Below are positions 19,501 to 26,953 of a stretch of 64,000 nt of DNA, piece after piece (position 1 is the first letter of the stretch; the number at the start of each line of letters is the position of its first letter). A model generated the notes under the pieces. It was not told where the DNA came from and ran no database searches. It saw nothing but the letters and a program-made list of their open reading frames with translations. The stretch comes from Nostoc sp. ChiSLP01 (GTDB lineage Bacteria; Cyanobacteriota; Cyanobacteriia; Cyanobacteriales; Nostocaceae): contig JAVRBO020000103.1 of assembly GCA_034531195.2 (NCBI GenBank), positions 16,744-80,743 of the forward strand. The letters are read 5' to 3'. Position numbers and translations under genes: made by a program.

Positions 19501-19921
19501 TTTCCGGACAAACAATATCTAATGTTTGAAAATTGACTTTAATCAGATTTGTCAGAATAATTGCGTACAGTGCTGGTGCTGCTGCCCAGCTAAAAAAGTA
19601 TCCTAAAGCTACGTAACGGCCTAAGTAAGGAAAGTTTTTTAAGAGTCTTGTGGTATAGTTCGGTGTTCCTCCTGCAACATCTGACCAATGTCTTCCTAAA
19701 CTTTGTACCTGCAAATTAAGTAAAAAGGAGACGATTGTGCCAAATAACCAAACTAAGATAGCTTTAGACCCTAATGCTGCGTGAATAATCGTGGCAGTAC
19801 CAATCCATCCAACATGACCCGTCAACCCAAAACCCCAGGTTTCTAAATAACTCAGAGTACGCGGTAAACGCATTCGCAAGGGTTGGTTTTTCTCTGTCTG
19901 TAGAGAATCGTTACTAGTCAT
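16538..19921 (-). CDS. APC-superfamily transporter-like membrane domain fused to PAS, GGDEF and EAL domains
   Basis: Residues 1-520 are polytopic with APC-like motifs (GGTPNY, YACETTSSFVADSHNPDKT, SPRVLYQLALDG). A PAS domain follows (VLVLDENGMICQTNAAAEELF). The GGDEF domain is intact (RFGGDEFTIL) and so is the EAL domain (FEALIRWHHPERG, DDFGTGYSSL). Confidence 0.85.
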   Translation of the reverse strand: MTSNDSLQTEKNQPLRMRLPRTLSYLETWGFGLTGHVGWIGTATIIHAALGSKAILVWLFGTIVSFLLNLQVQSLGRHWSDVAGGTPNYTTRLLKNFPYLGRYVALGYFFSWAAAPALYAIILTNLIKVNFQTLDIVCPETFLKVVFTAIPFIVAFSGSRALALLHLFFVLPAILLLFLFCIQGLVWLTFSSTSFNLPAISIDLSFQEWAKWFFLSSYSIYACETTSSFVADSHNPDKTLKFLTVAAYLIPPVFLGSSWVLMCSAPNRTIGDDAFLNLLAASVHFWGKYASFLVTLLITVSCLLSSATAVSNSPRVLYQLALDGHVSEIFTVVSRQGVLGPAILVAFLLSLLCLNLGNVSQLVTVAGTCYLLSIMGLHLGLWLCRGQPEVLWPWWSLSFFFVETIVLIVGGLAWNWKYFLVGLSLPFFLMLGNAVLSRVSFAALYPKFWTDFYDGKSSKHNSDFVVLQVIVLVSLICITATSSWFIRDLLGKVTNDSHNSLLAILLVTLSFAGVAIACWTTLPQIVAIDEARKQAKNLFITTLDTVPDTVLVLDENGMICQTNAAAEELFELTIQQLLGQNLNQLLMCYHGKPEQWSIRSEQTLKINQGLRIVESTVSRPFNPQLREYVVIVRDITQRKLAEEELVQYRCQLEQLVLERTIELIRVNQQLQQDIIKRQEAQEQLLHNSLHDGLTGLPNQRLFIERVQQSIERTKQEKNYLFAVLFLDLDRFKVVNDSLGHLLGNQLLIAISHRLKSVVRNGDIVARFGGDEFTILIEEIDDVDTATQIAERIKKVLALPFQLNEHRVFTNASIGIALSKADYQQAAQIIRDADVAMYSAKALGKARYEVFDEKMHESASLLLELETALRHALLLKQEEFRLYYQPIVSLITGKIIGFEALIRWHHPERGIVSPQDFIPLAEETGMIVSIGQWVLYQACQQMHTWHQQFPSSLNLTISVNFSGKQVTQADIFKQVKQILQQTGLEPCRLKLEITESLLMDNFELANTVLSELTALDVELHMDDFGTGYSSLNYLHRLPIKTIKIDRSFVNNIGSRGENLEIVRAIVTLAHNLNMSVTAEGIETVEQLAQLKALQCDYGQGYFFLPPMQSGEVERLLAANFCYKDFLRN

Positions 19922-20071
19922 TGTTTCTTAGCTAGATTTACTGGCCTTTTCACTCAATAACTGAATCTAGCTATTATAGCTTCAGTATAAGTACTGGATT
20001 TGGCAAAATATAAGCTTAATTATTACCAAATTTTATTTTTTTATATATTATTTTTCTATATAAAAATCAGC

Positions 20072-20109
20072 AAAGAAAAATTCCCTAATTATTTGAAAAT
20101 TAGGGAATT
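20072..20109 (-). terminator. rho-independent terminator after the ParA-like gene
   Basis: A perfect 12-bp stem AATTCCCTAATT / AATTAGGGAATT with a 7-nt loop is followed by TTTTTCTTT on the minus strand. Confidence 0.75.
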
Positions 20110-20136
20110 TCGTTGTTTATGAATGATTACTTAAAG

Positions 20137-21021
20137 CTATAGTTTTTGCAATAACTCCTGAGTTAATTGAAAAAATGCTTTTGAACCAGGTGATTGAGGA
20201 GCATTTAAAACAGCTGGCATAAAACTATCAACAGCTTTAGCAACATTAACATCAACTGGTATTTGTACCTTACAAATTTTTTCAACACCGAAATCTTCAA
20301 CAACACGGTGCATCACTTGTTTATAATATCTACCAGTCAGTAGATTAGCACTAGACATACTAAAGACAATTCCTAGCATTTTTATATCTATCTTTGTTTC
20401 ATTTCCGTGGCTATCTTTTAATTGAGCAATCCGTCTTTCTAGTAGTTGAATACCCACTACAGACAAAGGTTCGGGTTTCGCAGGAAGTATGTAGAAATCG
20501 CTGGCAGCTAAAGCGCTACGGGTTAAAAGATTATAACCAGGGGCGCAATCAAGAAGGATAAAATCGTATTCTTGCCGCACAGGTTTTAAAATATTGTTTA
20601 TCAAAACTCTTTCAAAGCGATTCCAAATCGTTTCAAAGTCTTGTTCGCCTAAAGCAGTTGCTTGTTGATGCAGCATTTCTGACACAACAAATTCATCATA
20701 TAAATCGATATCTCCTGGTAATAAATCTAGTCCAGGAAGATTACAAACCTGGGAATGAATAATATCTTGAATTGTCAGCTTTGCTTCTGGTTCTGGATTG
20801 ATAACCTCATCTATGAGATATCTAAATGTCTTACTTTGTTTACGACGTTTAGCAAAATCTAATGGTGACATCAGACTAAGCGTGGCGCTAATCTGGCTGT
20901 CCAAATCAAGAACAAGCACCCGCTTGCCATGATTTTTAGCTAAACAGGTAGCTAAGTTGACAGTAAGGGTGGTTTTACCAACGCCACCTTTCATATTTGC
21001 AGTTGCAATTACATATCCCAT
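20137..21021 (-). CDS. ParA/MinD-family P-loop ATPase (orphan, no parB-like partner seen)
   Basis: It has the deviant Walker A NMKGGVGKTT, Walker A' LVLDLDSQ and Walker B FILLDCAPG. Total length is 294 aa. Confidence 0.85.
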   Translation of the reverse strand: MGYVIATANMKGGVGKTTLTVNLATCLAKNHGKRVLVLDLDSQISATLSLMSPLDFAKRRKQSKTFRYLIDEVINPEPEAKLTIQDIIHSQVCNLPGLDLLPGDIDLYDEFVVSEMLHQQATALGEQDFETIWNRFERVLINNILKPVRQEYDFILLDCAPGYNLLTRSALAASDFYILPAKPEPLSVVGIQLLERRIAQLKDSHGNETKIDIKMLGIVFSMSSANLLTGRYYKQVMHRVVEDFGVEKICKVQIPVDVNVAKAVDSFMPAVLNAPQSPGSKAFFQLTQELLQKL

Positions 21022-21125
21022 CGATCGAGTCCTTTGTTAACGCATTCTCATCTAGGTAGCGTACACCCCTGTGGATCTATCAAATCTTCCATTAAATTTA
21101 ATATTTTGACACAAAAATACTAACT

Positions 21126-21176
21126 GTAGGTTGGGTTACCCTGCGGGATCTTGCTGCGTTCGCCAACCCAAACTAC
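21126..21176. repeat. GTAGGTTGGGTT...AACCCAAACTAC hairpin repeat
   Basis: I read the inverted arms directly. A related, larger copy is at 58286-58358. Confidence 0.75.
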
Positions 21177-21234
21177 GAAACTCCTGACTCAAAATTAACA
21201 GTCAATAGTCAGCGTTCCCAATGCCCTTTTTTTT

Positions 21235-21834
21235 TTACCAAAACATTGATTCTGTAAGTTCAGAACCCCCTGCTTGACGCCCTAAGAAATAGTGAATCAC
21301 TGCAAATAAAATAACCATTGGTACTGAAGCAAAGTGAACAATTCGTAACGCTTGCCAACTACCAAAAAAATCTACAATCCAATGGAATTGAGCAGGTTTA
21401 TACATTCCTATTCCTGTAAATAATGCTAATAGTAAAATTGGAATAATTGCTGTATATGCGAGACGATGCCAAGCATAAATTAGTCGCTTGGAATTTTGAG
21501 TTTTTTGTAATGCCTTGATGTCGTTAGCTCCAACAAATCGATGTCGCCAGCGCCGGGTAATTAAAATATAAATTCCATACCACAATAGATTCAATGAAAA
21601 TAGCCACATTGCTGCAAAATGCCAATGTCTACCTCCTGCAAGCCAACCTCCCAAGGTAAATATTGGTGGAATATGTAAGCCTGCGCGTCCACCAAAAACA
21701 GGGTTGGCGTTGTAGATTTGTAGTCCACTAGTGAGCATGAGAAATAGACTAATGATGTTACACCAATGAAATATTTTTGCTCCGATCGCTTGGGTGGGTA
21801 ACTTCCGAGGTTTGGTGGAAATGCTTGAAGTCAT
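21235..21834 (-). CDS. cytochrome b561 / Ni-hydrogenase-type b-cytochrome family membrane protein
   Basis: I take the start at MTSSISTKPRK (21834). It has four TM helices with His ligand candidates (FHWCNIISL.., HWHFAAMW, WHRLAY, IVHFASV). The longer track ORF adds an unlikely STRR-derived N-terminus. Confidence 0.6.
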   Translation of the reverse strand: MTSSISTKPRKLPTQAIGAKIFHWCNIISLFLMLTSGLQIYNANPVFGGRAGLHIPPIFTLGGWLAGGRHWHFAAMWLFSLNLLWYGIYILITRRWRHRFVGANDIKALQKTQNSKRLIYAWHRLAYTAIIPILLLALFTGIGMYKPAQFHWIVDFFGSWQALRIVHFASVPMVILFAVIHYFLGRQAGGSELTESMFW

Positions 21835-22027
21835 AGATTTTAGTTTTAAGTGGGGAGTCGGGACTAGGGATTGGGGACTGGGGAAGAAATCTTTCCTCTC
21901 TCTTCCTACACTCCCCATACTGGCCTCTCTCCTCAGGGCTATCAACAGTATAAGTATCTTACTTATTTGTATTTAGCTATTGACCGATCTACATTCAAAA
22001 AATGGGCAATTGTAACCAAAACTGTGA

Positions 22028-22243
22028 CTATAAGATTTCTGTCTTAGTATCGTGATAGTGTAGCGGGCTACCTTGCGATCCGGGTGGCAGTTCAAATCGG
22101 AATTTTACATACTCTCCATTGGTATCATAAGTTGAGCGAAGAATCGTCATGCGATCGCCCGTTACAGGGTTCTTAATTTGTTCGCTGTTTGAGTCTGCGG
22201 TGAAAGATGCGTCAGTATGAGGGTGTAATTGTGCAGATATCAT
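22028..22243 (-). pseudogene. cupin-domain gene fragment (truncated after cupin motif 1)
   Basis: The sequence ..NPVTGDRMTILRSTYDTNGEYVKFRFELPPGSQGSPLHYHDTKTEIL* stops directly after the G(x)5HxH..E motif. No cupin motif 2 follows. It is divergent from the decayed AraC gene. Confidence 0.45.
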
Positions 22244-22368
22244 TTTCAGAAATTCCGTTGGCGTTGTTCGTACTCTCAAGGTACGCTGTCTGCAAAATCT
22301 TGAATTGACATCCTGCGCCAAAGAATTGACAGAAGACGCCGATTTAGAAAACTCCGCCTGAATGCTTT

Positions 22369-23388
22369 ATGAAAGAGGCTACTTTCTCCGTCTCCATTGT
22401 TCGAGATATCGTTTAATATGCAGCAACCTACGGCGTAGATACGAAGAAGTTGTGTGATGCTGCGGGAATTGAACTAGCGCTGATAGATATGCCAGATCGG
22501 CAAATTACCGGAGCGCCGCTAAAAGCTTTGTGGCGTGAAGTAGTTAAAATGACAGGTGATGAAAACTTCGGCTTGCACTTAGGGGAAGCTTTTAATGTAG
22601 CTGCGATCGGTATTGTCGGCTATGTGCTATTAAATTGCAATACATTCAAGCAAGTTCTAGAAAAACTCTCTCGTTACACTAATTTATTCAGCTAAGGAGT
22701 TTACATTAATTTTTCAGTTTTGCAAGGGCAAGTATTATGTGATTGCGAAATCGTAGACCACTTAAAAAATTATTTATTGGAATAACCCCGGCATCCCATC
22801 GAAAGTACTTTTACTGCCTTGATGGCTGCAACAAAAATGCTCACAGGAAAGCAGCTTTATCTCCAGACAGTTTGGTTTCAACATCCATGCCCAAATGATA
22901 TTTCCGAATATCAGCGGATTTTTTCCACAGATATACGTTTTTGGGCACCGACAAATCGAATAATTTTTGATGCCAACTGTTTAGATTGGCCAGTTTTATC
23001 GGCAAACCCTAGCCTGTTGTCTATTTTTGAACAACATGCAAGAGCCATGTTAGACGAGATGAGCCAAGAAAAAAGCTATAGCAACCTTGTTATTCAAGCA
23101 ATTTCTCAACACTTAAAAGGAGAAGTTCCTGCAATCAAAACCATTGCTCGCAATCTAGCTATCAGCGTCCGTAACTTGCAGCGAGAGTTGCAAACAGAAG
23201 GTACTTCATATCAACAACTTTTGGATGCGACGCGCAAAGAATTAGCACTAAGACACTTAAAAAAAACAGATACTCCAATACATGATGTAGCTTTTTTGCT
23301 GGGCTTTTCTGAACCAAGTGCCTTCAACCGCGCCTTTAAGCGATGGACAGGAAAAACGCCAGGGGCATACAGATCTGTTGACTGTTGA
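22369..23388 (+). pseudogene. AraC-family transcriptional regulator interrupted by three in-frame TAA codons
   Basis: It is a single reading frame from the ATG at 22369 (MKEATFSVSIVRDIV*YAATYGVDTKKLCDAAGIE...) to 23388. TAA codons lie at 22414-22416, 22693-22695 and 22783-22785. The C-terminus has an intact-looking AraC HTH (IARNLAISVRNLQRELQ..., FLLGFSEPSAFNRAFKRWTGKTPGAYR). I saw no frameshift. Confidence 0.75.
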
Positions 23389-23427
23389 CTGAGGAATTTA
23401 TTGCTCTTTCCTCTGCCCCCCATCTCC

Positions 23428-23751
23428 TCATCTCCCCATCTCCCCATTCGCAACTCCCCGCTTCACTTCAAATCCCCGTAACCCTTCTGGTTCTTCGTAC
23501 TCAACTGCAACCTCTTTAACTACAGCAGCAGGTGGCCCGGAGTGACACCAGCGAACCATCTCATCTACAATCTCTCGCGCCCCTTCAAAAACTGCTTCTA
23601 CTCGGCTATCGGGAAGATTCCGCACCCAGCCAGTTAATCCTAACTGACTAGCTGTATCCACAGTGGCGTAGCGGTAGCCTACTCCTTGGACTCGGCCAGA
23701 AACGAATACATGGGCGCGGACGATCTTTGGCAGTGCTGTGGAATTCTGCAT
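23428..23751 (-). CDS. acyP: acylphosphatase
   Basis: It has the pattern VFVSGRVQGVGYRYAT...GLTGWVRNLPDSRVEAVFEG...GPP.A.V. The C-terminal tail ANGEMGR is encoded by an octamer tandem repeat. Confidence 0.85.
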   Translation of the reverse strand: MQNSTALPKIVRAHVFVSGRVQGVGYRYATVDTASQLGLTGWVRNLPDSRVEAVFEGAREIVDEMVRWCHSGPPAAVVKEVAVEYEEPEGLRGFEVKRGVANGEMGR

Positions 23752-23828
23752 AGACTGGTCTGTTCTTTACGATATCCAGTCTACCTAGTTTTGTATACAC
23801 AACCTGTTTTTAACTCGAACTTGAGAAA

Positions 23829-24200
23829 TTAATCGCGGTCTTCGTCTTCATCGTCATCTCTGTGGCGATGTCTGTACTCGCGGTCTTCATCGTCGTCCTT
23901 GCGGCGATGTCTGTACTCGCGGTCTTCATCGTCGTCTTTGCGGCGATGTCTGTACTCGCGGTCTTCATCGTTGTCTTCGCTGCGATATCTGTAGCCATAG
24001 TCTTCGTCTTCTTCGTCTTCGCTGCGATATTTGTACTCGCGGTCTTCATCGTCGTCTTTGCGGCGATGTCTGTACTCGCGGTCTTCATCGTCGTCTTCGT
24101 CGCGATAACTATATTGGGTGCGATCGCGATTATCCCATTCTTCATCGCGTTGTTTCTGCTTGTTACCGACTATATTCTTAAACAAATCGCCTATTCCCAT
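23829..24200 (-). CDS. extremely charged Asp/Glu/Arg/Tyr repeat protein (hydrophilin-like, unknown function)
   Basis: A strong SD (AGGAGG) lies 8 nt before the ATG. The N-terminus is MGIGDLFKNIVGNKQKQ. About seven 13-aa repeats of KDDDEDREYRHRR follow (39-bp DNA unit). Other frames are open only because of the repeat. Confidence 0.6.
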   Translation of the reverse strand: MGIGDLFKNIVGNKQKQRDEEWDNRDRTQYSYRDEDDDEDREYRHRRKDDDEDREYKYRSEDEEDEDYGYRYRSEDNDEDREYRHRRKDDDEDREYRHRRKDDDEDREYRHRHRDDDEDEDRD

Positions 24201-24401
24201 AATTTTTTCCTCCTGAGGAAAGTGAATGCCCTAATCTAGGGTCACTTTTAGTAGTTTGTCTAATGCTTGTAGCAGATAAATCTTCCAGCGGGCGGAGATA
24301 AAAATAAAATTGCCCCTATCTTTGGAAGTGTAATAGGCTAATCTTAAAGGTTTTCTTAGATTCTGATTTCTGGATTTTGAATTCTCAATTCTTATTTACT
24401 T

Positions 24402-24779
24402 ATGTCTAATCTGCCACCACTCAATACAGACACAATTTGGGCAATTCTCAACGATCAACTAGATGATGCCACAGTTAATCAGTTGCTATGGCATTATTTG
24501 GGCTATCGCTATGATTCATCAACTGGACAATGGGATAATAGCCAAGTTGCTCCAGAATGGCAGGATGAGTACCCACAACCGCCAGATTTTATTGACTCTC
24601 GCCCCGCAACAGTCAAATTAACTCGTTCTATTCCTACTGAAAATAAACAATCACTTAAAGAAAAACTGGGCTTCAAAGGTTACAAAATTGGTGAATTTGG
24701 CCCTCGGCAAACTCGCAGGGCTACAGCAGCTAATTGGTTGTTAAGTTATCTGCAACAAAATAGCACACAAATCGATTGA
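24402..24779 (+). CDS. conserved cyanobacterial/plastid-lineage hypothetical protein (DUF1823-like)
   Basis: The 125-aa ORF has the pattern LLWHYLGYRYD..W..EYPQPPDFIDSRPATVKLTRSIP...LGFKGY..GEFGPRQTRRATAANWL. The family name is from memory. Confidence 0.55.
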   Translation: MSNLPPLNTDTIWAILNDQLDDATVNQLLWHYLGYRYDSSTGQWDNSQVAPEWQDEYPQPPDFIDSRPATVKLTRSIPTENKQSLKEKLGFKGYKIGEFGPRQTRRATAANWLLSYLQQNSTQID

Positions 24780-25112
24780 AACAAACTTTATAATTCAGAA
24801 TTTAGAATTCAGCAATGTCTAAAGTATAAGATTTATAACCGTCTTTTATTGATTCTGACTCCTGAATTCTGAATTTTGCTTTGATTTTTGTTTTTTTTGA
24901 AATTAATTTTATTTTTATGTCACTACATTTTAATTAATTAATAATATAAAAAAGCCAAATTTCAAAAAAATAGCTAAATTTATGAAAAATATTTCTCAAT
25001 TATTCCTGAAGATAGAAGCGCTACTTATTTAATTCATTCTCTAGAGCGATTTGCAAATTTAATTAATCATCAGAGAATACTTCTATCAATCCTTGGTTTT
25101 ACAAACACTTCT

Positions 25113-26771
25113 ATGGCAAAGCCAGTTGAATTTAATTTATTTGCGCCATACAACAAAGGAGCCGCATTAATAGGTTCTTTTTCTGATTGGAAAGAAATTC
25201 CAATGGAAAAAGGTGAGGATGGCTATTTCCGCACAAGTGTTGAATTAGAAGATGGCGATTATCAATATAAATTTCGAGTTCAAACAAATTCATGGTTTTT
25301 TGAACCAGAACAATGGGTTGAAGTTACAGACCCTTATGCAACTGATATAGATGAAGTGGGTGGAAAAGATAACGGTATTGTCCGTATCAAAGATGGGGAA
25401 AGAATTGTTGATACTTATGTTTGGCGACATGATGATAAACCGTTACCTGCTGACCACGAATTAGTAATTTATGAACTGCATGTTGGTGATTTCTCTGGTG
25501 GTGAAGATGACCCTTATGCACGTGGCAAATATAAACACGTTGTTGAAAAATTAGATTATTTGTGCGAATTAGGAATCAACGCTATTGAGTTGATGCCAAT
25601 AAAAGAATATCCTGGCGATCATAGCTGGGGTTATAATCCTCGCTATTTCTTTGCAACAGAATCTAGTTATGGTACTACTGCTGAGTTGAAAAACTTGGTT
25701 GATGAGTGCCATGCTAGAGGCATTCGTGTAATTAATGATGGTATTTATAACCACTCAGAAGCATCTAGTCCGTTAACGCAAATTGACCACGATTATTGGT
25801 ATCATCACTCTCCCCGCGATCCTGATAATAATTGGGGGCCTGAGTTTAATTATGAACATTACGACGAAAATTTAGAAATTCATCCAGCACGGAAATTTAT
25901 TGGCGATACAATCCGTTTTTGGATTCAGGAATATCATCTTGATGGTATTCGGTATGACGCAGCGCGGCAAATTGCCAACTATGATTTCATGCACTGGATA
26001 GTGCAAGAAGCCAAAAATGCTGCTGGGCCGAAGCCTTTTTATAACGTTGCCGAACACATTCCTGAAACTACTAGCATTACCAATTTTGATGGGCCGATGG
26101 ATGGTTGCTGGCATGACAGCTTCTATCATTGCATTTTAGAACATATCTGCGGCGATACATTTGATTTAGAACGCCTTAAAGATGTTATTGACTGCAAACG
26201 TCAAGGTTTCTTGGGTGCTACTAATGTGGTAAATTACCTCACTAACCACGACCACAATCATCTCATGGTTGAATTGGGTAACCGTGAGATTTTTGATGAA
26301 GAAGCTTTTAGGCGGATTAAATTAGGAGTGGCTATCCTAATGACTGCTATTGGTGTGCCTTTGATTTGGATGGGTGAGGAATTTGGCGAGTATAAACCTA
26401 AACAACCTGAATCAGCTAAAATCGATTGGACGCTGTTAGGTAACGATCTAAATCGTGGTTTGTTTGAATATTACAAAGGCTTAACTAATCTGCGTAAAAG
26501 TAATCATGCTCTCTACACTGAAAACATTGATTTCATCCACGAAAATCCAGAGGCAAAAGTATTAGCTTATAGCCGTTGGAATGAGGAAGGTTCTCGTGTA
26601 GTTGTGGTGGCGAATTTCTCAGAAAATTTCCTAGCTGGCTATCATATTCCTAACTTTCCTGACGCTGGTACGTGGCACGAATGGACGGCGAATTATGATG
26701 TCGAAGCTGGTGATGATGGCATCATCATTGATTTGGGGCCATACGAAGCTAAAGTGTTTGTGTGGCAGTAA
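25113..26771 (+). CDS. GH13 alpha-amylase-family glycoside hydrolase with N-terminal CBM48-like module
   Basis: GH13 regions I-IV are present: GIRVINDGIYNH, DGIRYDAARQI, YNVAEHIPE, VNYLTNHDHN. The N-terminal 90 aa are beta-sandwich-like (FSDWKEIPMEKGEDGYF..YQYKF). Confidence 0.85.
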   Translation: MAKPVEFNLFAPYNKGAALIGSFSDWKEIPMEKGEDGYFRTSVELEDGDYQYKFRVQTNSWFFEPEQWVEVTDPYATDIDEVGGKDNGIVRIKDGERIVDTYVWRHDDKPLPADHELVIYELHVGDFSGGEDDPYARGKYKHVVEKLDYLCELGINAIELMPIKEYPGDHSWGYNPRYFFATESSYGTTAELKNLVDECHARGIRVINDGIYNHSEASSPLTQIDHDYWYHHSPRDPDNNWGPEFNYEHYDENLEIHPARKFIGDTIRFWIQEYHLDGIRYDAARQIANYDFMHWIVQEAKNAAGPKPFYNVAEHIPETTSITNFDGPMDGCWHDSFYHCILEHICGDTFDLERLKDVIDCKRQGFLGATNVVNYLTNHDHNHLMVELGNREIFDEEAFRRIKLGVAILMTAIGVPLIWMGEEFGEYKPKQPESAKIDWTLLGNDLNRGLFEYYKGLTNLRKSNHALYTENIDFIHENPEAKVLAYSRWNEEGSRVVVVANFSENFLAGYHIPNFPDAGTWHEWTANYDVEAGDDGIIIDLGPYEAKVFVWQ

Positions 26772-26827
26772 TTAAAGATATTAGTTTGCAGGCAATATCC
26801 CAATAACGAACATCCAATAACAAACAA

Positions 26828-26854
26828 CAGGGGCGATATTTCGCCCCTTTTATT
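26828..26854 (+). terminator. rho-independent terminator of the GH13/CBM48 gene
   Basis: A perfect 8-bp stem AGGGGCGA / TCGCCCCT with a 4-nt loop is followed by TTTTATT. Confidence 0.8.
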
Positions 26855-26895
26855 GCTTGCAGTTAGGCAAAGATTTCTACAAGGGAAGCGTTAAT

Positions 26896-26952
26896 ACAGC
26901 AGATTGCTACTTTGTGAGGTAAAGATAATTGTAGGGGCACAATATATTGTGC
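26896..26952. repeat. second copy of the ~60-nt element, with its right palindrome arm cut off by the stop codon of the 26954 gene
   Basis: The sequence ...GTAGGGGCACAATATATTGTGC is followed by ATTATATTTCTC, the reverse complement of the gene's last codons plus stop (..REI*), instead of CCCTAC. Confidence 0.85.
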
Positions 26953-26953
26953 A

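Noticed and set aside
20137-21021. The ParA-like gene could be the carboxysome-positioning McdA.
   Set aside because: No mcdB-like ORF or carboxysome genes are adjacent. The assignment would be guesswork.
21835-21945. The track gives longer N-termini for the cytochrome b gene (start 21945), acsF (54231), CurT-like (50459), DUF58 (60687) and Uma2 (5757, 8577).
   Set aside because: The extensions use non-ATG or upstream starts, run through STRR or intergenic repeats, and add residues absent from the family pattern. I preferred the internal ATG starts.
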